A stretch of DNA of 64,000 nucleotides from Candidatus Saccharimonadales bacterium (GTDB lineage: Bacteria > Patescibacteriota > Saccharimonadia > Saccharimonadales > JBBQAJ01): assembly GCA_038206875.1 (NCBI GenBank), contig JBBRAK010000002.1, forward strand, positions 12,333 to 76,332, in the 5' to 3' direction. The position numbers and the translations under genes were made by a program. Below, piece after piece: positions 47,337-58,226 of this stretch. How positions within the stretch are numbered: the stretch's first letter is position 1; every line of letters starts with the position of its first letter. Below the pieces are notes generated by a model. That model made no database searches. It worked only from the letters and a program-made list of their open reading frames with translations, and was not told the DNA's origin.

Positions 47337-49030
47337 AAATCAAAGACAATAGTAACGCAAAAGACACGATTTATCTTGATGCAGAAGATGACATAACAGT
47401 TATAATCGAAAAAATTCGCGCGTCAGAATCTAGGGTTGTTGCTTTAGTTTTACCTAAAAGGGCTACCACATTGCAGTCAATAGTGAACCTAAAACTTCTA
47501 AAACGGAGCGCCAAATCCGCAAATAAAAGTATAGTATTGATTACCTCAGAAGCCGGTTTATTGCCAATTGCCGGTGCTGCTGGATTGCACGTTGCAAAAA
47601 CTTTGCAGAGCAAACCTGAAGTCCCAGAGTCTCCTCAATTAAATTCAAAAGAAACTATCGCAAGTACTGGTAACAAACCCGAGGGCGACGAACCAAACAT
47701 AGACCCTGCTACTTCAATTGGTCAACTTGCTGGTCATTTAGCCACCGAAGAAACAATCGAACTCGATAATGAAACTGCTGATAATTTGCCTGAAACAAAA
47801 TCAAAATCTAGCAACAAAAAACCATTTAACAAAAAATTTAAAGTCCCAAATTTCAATCGGTTTAGGTTATTTTTGTTTGGTGGACTAGGACTTTTGATAC
47901 TTATTCTTGTTGGTGGAGTGTTTGCTCTAGTAATATTACCAAAAGCACAGATAGTAATAAAAACGGACACTTCAAACATCAACAGTGACTTGGTAATAAC
48001 CGCCAAAACCGATGCTACTTCCGTGGACAACGATAAGCTAATCATTCCAGCAGTTACCAAATCGCTCAAAAAAACCGACACCGAAAAAGTACCCACCACA
48101 GGGAAAAGGGATGACGGAACAAAAGCCAAGGGTACTATGACGCTGACAAACTGTATAGACGACGGTCAATCTCACACTGTTCCTGCGGGTACGGGTTTTT
48201 CTTCGGGCTCAACTACCTTCGTCACTGATTCAGCGCTAACTCTTGAACCTGCGCTCTACAGCGGTTCAAGCTGCAAGAGCGCCACGTTTGGATTGAGTAA
48301 ATCAGTGCCAGTGACTGCAAGTCAGGCTGGGGATACCTATAATCTAGGAGCACGGTCTTATAACAGTCCGGCAAGTCTTAGTACAGCTCAAGGTTCAGTT
48401 CAGGCCACGGGTTCAAATATGACTGGCGGAACTAGCAAAATTATCCAGGTTGCGAGTCAAACGGACATTGATAATGCCAAACAAAAAGTGGTTGACCGTC
48501 TGAATTCTGCAGTAGTTGCTGAAATAAAAAGTCAATTTGAGACGGATAAGTTGACTGGTCTTACCGACACATTTGCTGGTGACAATCCTGCCGTTGTTAG
48601 TACTCCTAACGTAAACGAGCCTGGCGCAGAGGTCAATGTTTCAGTCACCATTACCTTTACTGAACTGGGGGTAAAAAATGATGACCTAAAACAAGTTGTG
48701 GAAAACGATGTCAAAAAACATATAGATAGCTCCAAGCAAGTTATACAAGACAACGGAATTGGAAGTGCTCGGATACAAGTTACCGACAAAAAATCAGCCA
48801 ACGAAGTTAAATTTAGCATATCAACGCTTGCGGTCGCTGGGCCACAGCTAGATACAGATGGAATCAAAAAACAAATAGCTGGCAAGAAAAAGAAAGAAGC
48901 CGAATCAATCATCAAGTCACGCCCAGGCATAATTGACGTAACAACAACGTACAAGCCGTTTTGGGTGTATTCCACACCTAAAAACATCAACAAGATAACA
49001 ATCACATACGAGCAAAATGATTCCCACTAA
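47333..49030 (+). CDS. hypothetical bitopic membrane protein coupled to the ftsA-like gene
   Basis: 565-aa ORF whose start overlaps the ftsA-like stop (ATGA). Cytoplasmic N-terminal domain of about 100 aa, a disordered linker, one TM (LFLFGGLGLLILILVGGVFALVIL) and a large extracytoplasmic domain. Confidence 0.65.
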   Translation: MKIKDNSNAKDTIYLDAEDDITVIIEKIRASESRVVALVLPKRATTLQSIVNLKLLKRSAKSANKSIVLITSEAGLLPIAGAAGLHVAKTLQSKPEVPESPQLNSKETIASTGNKPEGDEPNIDPATSIGQLAGHLATEETIELDNETADNLPETKSKSSNKKPFNKKFKVPNFNRFRLFLFGGLGLLILILVGGVFALVILPKAQIVIKTDTSNINSDLVITAKTDATSVDNDKLIIPAVTKSLKKTDTEKVPTTGKRDDGTKAKGTMTLTNCIDDGQSHTVPAGTGFSSGSTTFVTDSALTLEPALYSGSSCKSATFGLSKSVPVTASQAGDTYNLGARSYNSPASLSTAQGSVQATGSNMTGGTSKIIQVASQTDIDNAKQKVVDRLNSAVVAEIKSQFETDKLTGLTDTFAGDNPAVVSTPNVNEPGAEVNVSVTITFTELGVKNDDLKQVVENDVKKHIDSSKQVIQDNGIGSARIQVTDKKSANEVKFSISTLAVAGPQLDTDGIKKQIAGKKKKEAESIIKSRPGIIDVTTTYKPFWVYSTPKNINKITITYEQNDSH

Positions 49031-49439
49031 AAATATATTAGGTTTAGATGTCGGTGAAAAACGTGTTGGGGTTGCGCTGGCAAATTCCGAATTGAAGCTC
49101 ACAAAACTACTACAGACATTGGATTTTCAAAGTAATAAATTTTGGGAAAATCTAGGCGAACTTATATTGGAGCACAAAATCACTGATATTGTGGTTGGAC
49201 TGCCAAGGGGACTAGACGGTCAGGAAACGGCCCAAACAAAATTTGTTCGCGAATTTGCAGAAGTTTTACAAGAGAAATATTCAATACCAGTTCACTGGCA
49301 GGATGAAGCCCTGACTTCCGTAAGAGCCCGAGAGATTTTGGAAATGAACGGAAAACCATATAAAAAATCGGATGTTGATGCTATTTCTGCTAGCCTAATA
49401 CTTTCAGATTATTTAGAAAATTCTGTGGCGCAAGTATGA
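49017..49439 (+). CDS. ruvX: Holliday junction resolvase-like nuclease RuvX/YqgF
   Basis: LGLDVGEKRVGVA. 140 aa. Confidence 0.88.
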   Translation: MIPTKNILGLDVGEKRVGVALANSELKLTKLLQTLDFQSNKFWENLGELILEHKITDIVVGLPRGLDGQETAQTKFVREFAEVLQEKYSIPVHWQDEALTSVRAREILEMNGKPYKKSDVDAISASLILSDYLENSVAQV

Positions 49440-50491
49440 AAAATCGCTTACCAAGATCAAAGAAACTAAATTGGGCTAAATTTTGGACAATTGTAGCTCT
49501 CGCAATAATTATTGTCCTCGGTTCGGCGCTGTATATTGTCCGAAAATCATATTACGATCATTTAAAACCGGTAAGTACTTCACAAAATAATGTACTAATA
49601 ACTGTTGAAAGTGGTTCGACAGTAAGTGAAATAGGTGTGAAACTCAAGGAGCACGGGTTGATTAAAGCACCATGGGCTTTTGAATGGTATGTTAGAAACC
49701 ATGATGTTCGAGACAAGTTACAGGCTGGCACATACTCGCTCAGACCTAGCCAGACGGTTCCTGAGATTGTTTCGGTCCTTACTCATGGCAAAGTTTATAC
49801 AGATTTGTTCCGTATATCACCCGGACTTAGGATTGACCAGATTAAGAGTGACTTGATAAATAGTGGTTTTTCTTCAGAGTCCGTCGAGGCGGCTTTGAAA
49901 CCAGGTCAATACGCCGACCATCCTGCCTTGGCAGATAAACCGGCGGACGCCTCGCTCGAAGGTTATCTATACCCGGAATCATTTCAAAGAACTGCCGACA
50001 CCAAACCAGAAACATTAATCCGACAGTCATTAGACGAAATGCAAAAACGCCTCACTCCACAAATTCGCGCGGCCTTTGCGAAACAAGGCTTAACGACTCA
50101 CCAGGGGGTTATCATTGCATCAATAGTAGAACAAGAGGTAAATAATGCTTCAGACAAACCTATGGTTGCTCAAGTATTCTTACGTCGGTATAGGCAGGGT
50201 ATACAACTTGGGTCTGACGTTACGGCATTTTATGGGGCAATCACCAATGGTCAACCTGCCAGTGTTGGTTTTGATTCGCCATACAACACACGTATTCACA
50301 ATGGTCTAACACCAGGGCCTATCAGCAACGTTTCAGAATCCTCTTTGCAAGCCGTTGCGTATCCAGCAGACACGGACTTTTTGTATTTTGTGGCTGGCGA
50401 TGGAGCTGACAAAGGCAAAACATACTTTTCTCACACCCTGGCCGAGCACGAGGCATTGACCAGAGCGCACTGCACGGAGCTATGCCAATAG
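49436..50491 (+). CDS. mltG: endolytic murein transglycosylase MltG (YceG-like)
   Basis: N-terminal TM and YceG pattern (GTYSL.P, EGYLYPESF, ASIVEQE). Confidence 0.88.
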   Translation: MKNRLPRSKKLNWAKFWTIVALAIIIVLGSALYIVRKSYYDHLKPVSTSQNNVLITVESGSTVSEIGVKLKEHGLIKAPWAFEWYVRNHDVRDKLQAGTYSLRPSQTVPEIVSVLTHGKVYTDLFRISPGLRIDQIKSDLINSGFSSESVEAALKPGQYADHPALADKPADASLEGYLYPESFQRTADTKPETLIRQSLDEMQKRLTPQIRAAFAKQGLTTHQGVIIASIVEQEVNNASDKPMVAQVFLRRYRQGIQLGSDVTAFYGAITNGQPASVGFDSPYNTRIHNGLTPGPISNVSESSLQAVAYPADTDFLYFVAGDGADKGKTYFSHTLAEHEALTRAHCTELCQ

Positions 50492-50496
50492 TCCGA

Positions 50497-50544
50497 CCCC
50501 TGTTAAGGTAGATTTTCTCTCTCTGTTTAACAGGGGTGGTTTTT
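50497..50544 (+). terminator. rho-independent terminator after mltG
   Basis: CCCCTGTTAA (50497-50506) / TTAACAGGGG (50527-50536), followed by tggTTTTT. Confidence 0.7.
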
Positions 50545-50744
50545 ACATCAAAAAGCTTGTTTTTATATGCATATTTGCTATACTTTTATGCATAACTCGC
50601 TCTACTGTTAACAGAGGTAACACAATGTGCAGACAGAGGAGTTATATCTGTTTTTGCACTATGCGTATAAAGTAAATTGTTTTATTCCAACACTTACAAT
50701 ATTAACTAAGAGCCAAAAACAGATTATCCCGCTACCTAAGCGGA

Positions 50745-51860
50745 ATGGAGTTGAGTATTAGTAACCAATCACACACAATAGGACAAAACACTATTGTACG
50801 TCGAAAGGCAAAGATTTTTTCCGGGCGAAAACAACGACGTTTTACACTACGTTCAAGAAAACGAATGATTAGGTTCAGTCTGTTGACGGCAAACGTAGCT
50901 TTGCTTGCAGTGGTACTATTTTTTGTTACAAGAAATCCCGTACAAAGCAAATCTGTTCGACAAAATGCAGTAGCTCCTACGACTAATTCTGATGTAGTTG
51001 CTGGACCTTTAGACCAAGTATCCTCTGCTGATATTGCTGTTCACGTTGCGCGCATAGCCAACCTACCGGAAGCAGTGTCGGTTGTAAATCACGCAGACTC
51101 TGTTAGCGCAACTGCCAACACCTCTTCCGCTGACACTAGCGTAGTAGCCAAGCCACAGGTTGTCTCTGGGGTACTTCCTTCACGAAAAGACATTCATATA
51201 TACACAACTGTCCCGGGCGATACTGTTGGTTCAATTGCAACAAAATTTGGCAACTCTTCAGAAAGCATAAAATGGAGCAATGGCCTGACTAGTGACAACA
51301 TTCCCGCAGGTAGGCAACTTATCATGCCTCCAATTGGTGTAAACGGCATAGTATACGTCGTCAAAGCCGGGGATACTCCTGAATCTCTTGCACGAAAATA
51401 TGCCACAGATAAAGACCTATTGATTTCGTTTAACGACGCAGAAATAAATGGTTTTGCTGTGGGTGAACGTATATTTATTCCTAACGGAATAGTTGCAGCA
51501 ATTTCAGTTTCTTATAATTATTTTGCTACACCTGGTGGCGGAGGCGCTTACTATAGAGGTTGGTGTACCGACTATGCATCAAGGCAGGGTGGAGCACCCG
51601 GTGGATGGGGTAACGCCAATACGTGGGCAATAAATGCTGCGCGCACTCCCGGATGGACTGTCAGTAGAGTCCCTAGGGCAGGTGCCATTGCCCAAAGGGG
51701 TGGAGGCTTAGGGCATGTCGGTATCGTAGACGAAGTTTCTGCCGACGGCACGATGATCAAATATTCTGATATGAATGGACTTGCTGGATTTGGTAGAGTT
51801 GGCAAAAGCGACTGGGTGCCAGTGCAATCAGCCTTTCAGAATTTCATATACAGACAATAA
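50745..51860 (+). CDS. LysM x2 plus CHAP domain peptidoglycan hydrolase
   Basis: LysM motifs YTTVPGDTVGSIATKFG and YVVKAGDTPESLARKYA. CHAP Cys GWCTDYA and His GHVGIVDEV. The start is uncertain (TM at MIRFSLLTANVALLAVVLFF). Confidence 0.85.
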   Translation: MELSISNQSHTIGQNTIVRRKAKIFSGRKQRRFTLRSRKRMIRFSLLTANVALLAVVLFFVTRNPVQSKSVRQNAVAPTTNSDVVAGPLDQVSSADIAVHVARIANLPEAVSVVNHADSVSATANTSSADTSVVAKPQVVSGVLPSRKDIHIYTTVPGDTVGSIATKFGNSSESIKWSNGLTSDNIPAGRQLIMPPIGVNGIVYVVKAGDTPESLARKYATDKDLLISFNDAEINGFAVGERIFIPNGIVAAISVSYNYFATPGGGGAYYRGWCTDYASRQGGAPGGWGNANTWAINAARTPGWTVSRVPRAGAIAQRGGGLGHVGIVDEVSADGTMIKYSDMNGLAGFGRVGKSDWVPVQSAFQNFIYRQ

Positions 51861-51903
51861 TAGTTGATAGGAGACTTTCTCTGGGTACTGTATTCTTATT
51901 GAT

Positions 51904-53181
51904 ATGTTTGTAGATTTGGCCAGTGTAGGGTTAAAAGCAGGCGACGGCGGAAACGGCGTTGTTAGTTTTCGTCATGAAAAATTTATTGACAGAGGTGGCC
52001 CAGACGGTGGTGACGGTGGAAAAGGTGGAGATATTGTGTTAATTGCAAGTAGAAATCAAAACACTCTTGCAAATTTTCGGTTTAAAAAAGAGATAAAAGC
52101 CGATAATGGACAACCGGGCTCAATGCGTAGAAAACATGGACGTAGTGGTGAAGACTTGATTATTGCAGTACCTGTAGGGACTAGCGTTATTTTAGATGAC
52201 GGAACCACTACGGCAGATTTGACTTTAGACAATCAAAAATTTGTAGTGGCCCGTGGCGGGAAGGGTGGATTTGGGAATGCTCATTTCGTAAGTAGTACAC
52301 GTCAAGCTCCCAGGGTTGCAGAAAAAGGCGAAAATGGGGATGAACTAACGGTTACGTTTGAGTTAAAAATGATTGCGGACGTTGGGTTGATTGGACTTCC
52401 AAATGCCGGAAAATCTACACTGCTGAGTGTCGTCAGTAATGCACAGCCTGAGATTGCAAACTATCCCTTTACAACCCTTACTCCAAATTTAGGAGTAGTA
52501 GACATAGACAATCAAAATTCATTACTTTTTGCAGATATTCCAGGGTTGATAGAGGGTGCGAGCGAGGGTAAGGGTTTGGGTGACGAATTTTTACGTCATG
52601 TAGAACGAACGAGGGTGCTTTTGCATCTAGTTGACGCTTATCAAGACGACATAGTCGGTGCATACAAAACAGTCTTAGCGGAACTGGCCGCCTACAAGGT
52701 TGACTTATCTGAAAGACCACAGATTGTATTACTCACAAAAATTGATGGATTAGATGCGGAAATTATTGCCGACAGAGTAAGCGAGCTAAAGAAAGTTTTG
52801 CCTAAAAATACGAATATTCTTCCGATTTCCGCGCAAAGCAAACTAGGACTCAAAGATTTACTTTTTGCTGTAAAAAAACTCGTTTCAAAAATTCAATTTG
52901 AAGCAAAAGCAGATGAAAATACAAAAGATACATTACCAATATTAACGATACCGATTGTTGACGCCTGGAAAGTTACAAAGACAAAAGACGGATTTGTAGT
53001 TACCGGGAAAAAGATTGAACGATTTGCTGTGCGAACCGAGTTTACCAGCTTTCATGGTCAGCAACGTTTGAGAGACATTATGAAAAAAATGGGTATCATG
53101 CATGAACTCAGAAGAAGAGGAATTGAACCCGATGCAAAAATTATCATCGGTAAACCGGCAATTGGTACACTAGAATATTAA
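51904..53181 (+). CDS. obg: GTPase Obg/CgtA
   Basis: Gly-rich Obg fold (GGNGVVSFRHEKF..GGPDGGDGGKGGD). G1 GLPNAGKST, G3 DIPGLIEGA. C-terminal OCT domain. Confidence 0.92.
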   Translation: MFVDLASVGLKAGDGGNGVVSFRHEKFIDRGGPDGGDGGKGGDIVLIASRNQNTLANFRFKKEIKADNGQPGSMRRKHGRSGEDLIIAVPVGTSVILDDGTTTADLTLDNQKFVVARGGKGGFGNAHFVSSTRQAPRVAEKGENGDELTVTFELKMIADVGLIGLPNAGKSTLLSVVSNAQPEIANYPFTTLTPNLGVVDIDNQNSLLFADIPGLIEGASEGKGLGDEFLRHVERTRVLLHLVDAYQDDIVGAYKTVLAELAAYKVDLSERPQIVLLTKIDGLDAEIIADRVSELKKVLPKNTNILPISAQSKLGLKDLLFAVKKLVSKIQFEAKADENTKDTLPILTIPIVDAWKVTKTKDGFVVTGKKIERFAVRTEFTSFHGQQRLRDIMKKMGIMHELRRRGIEPDAKIIIGKPAIGTLEY

Positions 53182-53210
53182 AGGTAGTTTGCCTATGCTA
53201 GACTTGCTGT

Positions 53211-54656
53211 ATGAGTAATAGTTTGTATTTTTATGATCTTGAGACTTCAGGATTTGACCCCAAGCAACAGCGTATTATGCAGTTTGCGGGCCAGAGAACC
53301 GACATGCAACTAAAGCCAATCGCCGAACCCCATAATATATTAGTTAAACTGTCAGACGATATTTTGCCGGATCCAGACGCAGTATTGTTAACGGGAATTA
53401 CACCTCAAATGACAATTTCCGAAGGGGTGACTGAGGAGGAATTTCTTCAGATTTTCAAAAACGAAATCTCAACGCCGGGGACTATATTTACTGGCTATAA
53501 TAGCGTTCGTTTTGACGACGAGTTCATGAGGTATTTGCAGTATAGGAACTTTTACGATGCTTACGAGTGGCATTGGGCCGACGAACGGTCGCGCTGGGAT
53601 TTGCTAGATGTAGTACGCATGACTCGTGCACTACGCCCAGACGGCATAAAATGGCCGTTTAACAGTGATGGACAGCCCGCAAATCAGCTAGGACTACTTA
53701 CGACTATTAACAAACTGGACCATGCTAACGCTCACGATGCATTGAGCGACGTGGTGGCAACAACTGACTTAGCACGCTTGTTGCGTGCCAAACAACCAAA
53801 ACTTTTTTCGTTTCTACTCAAACTAAGAGACAAAAAAGAAGTAAAAAAAGTCGTCCAAACTAACCAACCTTTTGTATATACAAGTGGAAAATTTTCGTCG
53901 GAATACGAAAAAACAACTGTTGTATTAAATTTGTTCGACAGTACTAAACAAAACGGGATAGTTGTGTATGATTTACGCTATGATCCAGAACCATATTTAC
54001 GATTGTCCTCAGAAGAACTTGCCCCGATGTGGCAACATTATTGCAAAGAAAGACCGTGCCCGCATCCCAGGCTTCCTGTTAAAAATTTACAGTTCAATCG
54101 ATGTCCTGCCGTAGCCCCACTAAGTGTTTTTAATTCTGACTGCCAAGAGCGATTGAATCTGTCTTTGAAAACCATAGAAAAAAACAAAAATATACTTAAA
54201 AACCAACCCAAATTTGTCGAACAGCTAAAAGGGGCGATAGATATAATGGACAAAAAATACCAAACAAAATTAGTAACAGAAGTGATAGAAGCTGACGGCC
54301 GATTGTATGATGGATTTGTAGGTGACTCGGATAAGTCTCTGATGGCAAAGATTCACAGCAACAATTTTGTAGAACAAGAAATTGGCAAATTTAATTTTTC
54401 AGATGAGCGCCTAAATCAACTATTGCCACTTTACAAAGCGAGAAATTTTCCAAAATCGCTTTCAACTGGTGAGCGCGAAGACTGGGAAAAGTTTCGCGAA
54501 AATAGACTACTTGGAGGCAAGATACCTAGTCGAGCGGTAAAATATTTTGATAGACTATCACAGTTGTCGACACAAAAAAATCTTAGTGACAATAAAAGAT
54601 ATTTACTCGAGGAACTTCAGCTATGGGGGCAGAGTATTTTACCAATTCCAGACTGA
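53211..54656 (+). CDS. sbcB: exodeoxyribonuclease I
   Basis: Close pattern match to E. coli ExoI as I remember it: YDLETSGFDP, GYNSVRFDDEF, SRWDLLDVVRMTRALRPDGIKWP, NAHDALSDV. Confidence 0.85.
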   Translation: MSNSLYFYDLETSGFDPKQQRIMQFAGQRTDMQLKPIAEPHNILVKLSDDILPDPDAVLLTGITPQMTISEGVTEEEFLQIFKNEISTPGTIFTGYNSVRFDDEFMRYLQYRNFYDAYEWHWADERSRWDLLDVVRMTRALRPDGIKWPFNSDGQPANQLGLLTTINKLDHANAHDALSDVVATTDLARLLRAKQPKLFSFLLKLRDKKEVKKVVQTNQPFVYTSGKFSSEYEKTTVVLNLFDSTKQNGIVVYDLRYDPEPYLRLSSEELAPMWQHYCKERPCPHPRLPVKNLQFNRCPAVAPLSVFNSDCQERLNLSLKTIEKNKNILKNQPKFVEQLKGAIDIMDKKYQTKLVTEVIEADGRLYDGFVGDSDKSLMAKIHSNNFVEQEIGKFNFSDERLNQLLPLYKARNFPKSLSTGEREDWEKFRENRLLGGKIPSRAVKYFDRLSQLSTQKNLSDNKRYLLEELQLWGQSILPIPD

Positions 54657-54741
54657 ATATTTATATATATTTTGCACACACCCGTTTTTGAAATTGCCAA
54701 ATCGTCAAAACCACAGTACGACTTTATGTATACTGGAGGCA

Positions 54742-55341
54742 ATGGATGTGCATAGCTTTAGCAGAGATTTAGAAAAATGGGACAAATCAAATGGCGAAAA
54801 AACCATCGGTTCATTGGAGAAAGTTTTTGCAGAAAAAAGTTTTGCAATAATAATACTATTACTCATGGCAATTCCGGCATTGCCGATACCTACAGGAGGA
54901 ATTACTCATCTATTTGAACTAATAGTCATGCTACTTGCTTTAGAAATGATAATTGGTCGTGAGACTATATGGTTACCCAAAAAATGGAAAAATAAAGAAC
55001 TTGGGAAAACGATAAAACAAAAAGTTATACCCTATATTGTTAAAAAAATAAGATGGTTCGAAATACATTCTCGAAAGAGATTAAATGGTATTATAATAAA
55101 TCGAAATTTCAACAGGTTAGCGGGGTTAGTATTTTTTATATTTGCATTTGTAGCTGCAATCGCACCGCCGTTTTCTGGCTTAGATACATTGCCGTCTATC
55201 GGCGCCGTTATTGTCGCTCTTTCGCTAATTCTAGGCGACGTTCTAATATTTTTTGCCGGCATATTAATTGGTGGTATAGGGATAGCTTTAGTTTCAATAT
55301 TTGGTGAGATTACCGTGACTTTGCTAAGGCACATTTTTTAA
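54742..55341 (+). CDS. ExoD-like exopolysaccharide synthesis membrane protein
   Basis: Start at ATG 54742 (GGAGG at 54735-54739), not 54547, which overlaps sbcB. ExoD pattern AIPALPIPTGGITHLFE..GRETIWLPKKW. Confidence 0.78.
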   Translation: MDVHSFSRDLEKWDKSNGEKTIGSLEKVFAEKSFAIIILLLMAIPALPIPTGGITHLFELIVMLLALEMIIGRETIWLPKKWKNKELGKTIKQKVIPYIVKKIRWFEIHSRKRLNGIIINRNFNRLAGLVFFIFAFVAAIAPPFSGLDTLPSIGAVIVALSLILGDVLIFFAGILIGGIGIALVSIFGEITVTLLRHIF

Positions 55342-55398
55342 TATATTGGTCCATAGTGTCTGGACTTTTTCTCTGTTATTTGGTACAATCTCCCAGCT

Positions 55399-58209
55399 AT
55401 GAGTGACATAATTCGTGTTCAGGGGGCGAGGGAACACAATCTCAAAAATGTTGATGTTGAAATTCCGCGCAATAAGCTAGTGGTAATTACTGGTTTGTCC
55501 GGTTCGGGTAAATCATCACTGGCTTTTGATACCATTTATGCGGAAGGTCAGCGTCGATATGTAGAAAGCTTGAGTGCCTACGCCAGACAGTTTCTAGGTC
55601 TCATGGAAAAACCAGACGTCGATCAGATTGATGGTTTAAGCCCGGCGATTTCCATAGATCAAAAATCAACATCTAGAAACCCGCGCAGTACTGTGGCGAC
55701 CGTCACAGAAATTTATGATTATTTACGACTTTTGTTTGCTAGGATTGGCGTGCCACACTGTCCAGTTTGCTCAAAGCCCGTAACTCGACAGACCTCAAAT
55801 GCCATTGTTGACCAAGTAGCTTCATTGCCGCTAGGTTTAAAACTTATGATTCTTGCACCAGTGGTCACAGACAAAAAAGGCGCATTTGAGCACATACCAG
55901 AACAATACATGAGGGCAGGTTTTGCGAGGGCAAGAGTAGATGGGGTTATCTATTCACTGGATGAATTTCCGGAGCTAGACAAAAACTTCAAACACAAAAT
56001 TGAAATCATAGTTGATAGAATCGTAAATGATGAGCCAAGTCGTGGACGCCTAACGCAATCTATAGAACAAGCTCTCGACCTTGCGGAAGGCAAACTGATT
56101 GTTCTTGATGCCGATAGTAAGCAGGAGCACAGCTATTCGCTCATGTACGCTTGCATCGACCATCCAGACGTGGCCATACCGGAGCTGGAACCAAGGACTT
56201 TTAGTTTCAACAGTCCGCACGGGGCTTGTCCAGTCTGTACTGGGCTGGGTTCTAGGCTAGAAGTAGATCCCGAATTGGTAATTCCGAACGGCCGTTTGAC
56301 TATAGCTGAAGGCGCAATTCGACCTTTCAACCGAGTAGCGGCTGACGCATGGTATATGAAAAAAATGCAAGCCGTGGCTGAAAAATACAAATTTACGTTG
56401 CACGAACCCACGGGGGAATTAAAAAAGGAAAATCTTGATAGAATACTTTTTGGAACGGGCGCTGAAAAATATCGAGTTTCACTTGGAAGTGGAAGAACCT
56501 TCGACACGACATATGAAGGAGTAATACCCAATCTTGAACGTCGACATAAAGAGACCGACAGTGATTTTATGCGCAGAGATATTGAACGATTTATGCGCGA
56601 AAGTCCCTGCCATGTATGTAAGGGTCGTAGATTGAAGCCAGAAGTTTTGGCGGTAACAGTTTCTGGTAGTTCAATCATGGATATTTGTGAATTATCAATA
56701 GACGAAGCCGTGAAGTATTTCAAAAATATCAAATTTAGCCCCAAAGAATTACAAATTTCGCATCAAATAATAAAAGAAATAACTGCCCGATTGAAGTTTA
56801 TGCAGGACGTAGGGCTAAATTATTTAAACTTGCTCAGAAGTGCAGTAACTCTGTCAGGAGGTGAAGCTCAAAGGATTAGGCTTGCTACACAGATTGGGTC
56901 AGGACTTCAGGGTGTTTTATATGTGCTGGACGAACCTAGTATAGGTTTGCACCAAAGAGATAATGCACGACTTATTAACACTCTTAAACATCTTCGCGAT
57001 TTGGGGAATACTGTACTTGTTGTCGAACATGACGAAGACACCATCCGCACTGCGGACTATTTGCTTGATATAGGACCAGGTGCTGGGATACATGGTGGTG
57101 AAATTATTGCCGCCGGGAAACCAGATACAGTCGCAAAAAACCCAAAAAGCATTACTGGACAATATTTGCTTGGCAAAAAGAAAATAACTATTCCAAAAAA
57201 GCTTCGCTCCGGCAATGGAAATGCACTTGTAGTTAAAGGTGCCAGAGAAAACAATCTAAAAAACATCACTGTAGAAATACCCCTGGGCAAACTTGTAGTG
57301 GTGAGTGGTGTATCCGGTTCCGGCAAATCATCACTAATAAACGACATTTTGGCAAAAGAATTATCAGCTAGGCTCATGAGAGCAAACCTAGTTCCGGGAG
57401 CTCACGACGAAGTAACTGGCATAAAACATCTAGACAAGGCAATTGTAATTGATCAATCGCCAATCGGTCGTACTCCACGCTCCAACCCTGCGACCTACAC
57501 AGGATTATTTACTCCCATAAGGGATTTGTTCGCTAGTGTCCCAGAAGCCAAACTGAGAGGTTACAGCCCAGGAAGATTCAGCTTTAATGTAAAAGGTGGT
57601 CGTTGCGAAAACTGCTCTGGCGATGGAATTATCAAAATCGAAATGCACTTTTTGCCTGATGTTTATGTGACATGCGAAGCATGCAATGGCAAGCGATATA
57701 ACCGTGAAGCGCTGGAGATTCACTACAAAGGTAAATCAATAAGCGATATTTTGAAGATGACCTGCGACCAAGCATTGGAATTTTTTGAAAACATTCCTGC
57801 AATAGCTCGCAAACTACAAACTCTAGTTAACGTTGGGCTAGGATATATCGCACTAGGTCAGGCTGCGACAACACTCTCGGGTGGAGAAGCACAGCGAGTA
57901 AAACTTGCCACTGAATTGTCCCGCAGACCAACTGGCCGAACGTTATATATTTTGGATGAACCAACGACTGGGCTACATTTTGCCGATGTAGAAAAGTTAC
58001 TTGGGGTTTTGCATGCGTTAGTGGATACCGGTAACAGTATGATAATTATTGAACATAACATGGACGTGATAAAAAACGCTGACCATATAATCGATATGGG
58101 TCCAGAAGGCGGAGACGCCGGTGGGCAAATAGTTGCACAAGGAACTCCAGCACAAATTTCCAAAAACAAAGCCTCCTACACTGGCAAATACTTGACACAT
58201 ATGTTATAA
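55399..58209 (+). CDS. uvrA: excinuclease ABC subunit A
   Basis: 936 aa. [28 protein letters not shown], two ABC modules, zinc-finger Cys pairs. Confidence 0.95.
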   Translation: MSDIIRVQGAREHNLKNVDVEIPRNKLVVITGLSGSGKSSLAFDTIYAEGQRRYVESLSAYARQFLGLMEKPDVDQIDGLSPAISIDQKSTSRNPRSTVATVTEIYDYLRLLFARIGVPHCPVCSKPVTRQTSNAIVDQVASLPLGLKLMILAPVVTDKKGAFEHIPEQYMRAGFARARVDGVIYSLDEFPELDKNFKHKIEIIVDRIVNDEPSRGRLTQSIEQALDLAEGKLIVLDADSKQEHSYSLMYACIDHPDVAIPELEPRTFSFNSPHGACPVCTGLGSRLEVDPELVIPNGRLTIAEGAIRPFNRVAADAWYMKKMQAVAEKYKFTLHEPTGELKKENLDRILFGTGAEKYRVSLGSGRTFDTTYEGVIPNLERRHKETDSDFMRRDIERFMRESPCHVCKGRRLKPEVLAVTVSGSSIMDICELSIDEAVKYFKNIKFSPKELQISHQIIKEITARLKFMQDVGLNYLNLLRSAVTLSGGEAQRIRLATQIGSGLQGVLYVLDEPSIGLHQRDNARLINTLKHLRDLGNTVLVVEHDEDTIRTADYLLDIGPGAGIHGGEIIAAGKPDTVAKNPKSITGQYLLGKKKITIPKKLRSGNGNALVVKGARENNLKNITVEIPLGKLVVVSGVSGSGKSSLINDILAKELSARLMRANLVPGAHDEVTGIKHLDKAIVIDQSPIGRTPRSNPATYTGLFTPIRDLFASVPEAKLRGYSPGRFSFNVKGGRCENCSGDGIIKIEMHFLPDVYVTCEACNGKRYNREALEIHYKGKSISDILKMTCDQALEFFENIPAIARKLQTLVNVGLGYIALGQAATTLSGGEAQRVKLATELSRRPTGRTLYILDEPTTGLHFADVEKLLGVLHALVDTGNSMIIIEHNMDVIKNADHIIDMGPEGGDAGGQIVAQGTPAQISKNKASYTGKYLTHML

Positions 58210-58226
58210 TATAATCAGATGATGTA

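Noticed and set aside
54547-54741. The 65-codon N-terminal extension of the ExoD-like ORF, which overlaps sbcB by 110 nt.
   Set aside because: The extension has no hydrophobic or conserved character. ATG 54742 has a GGAGG RBS and starts the conserved ExoD region. For similar reasons, the 22068 start of the MFS gene was replaced by 22122.
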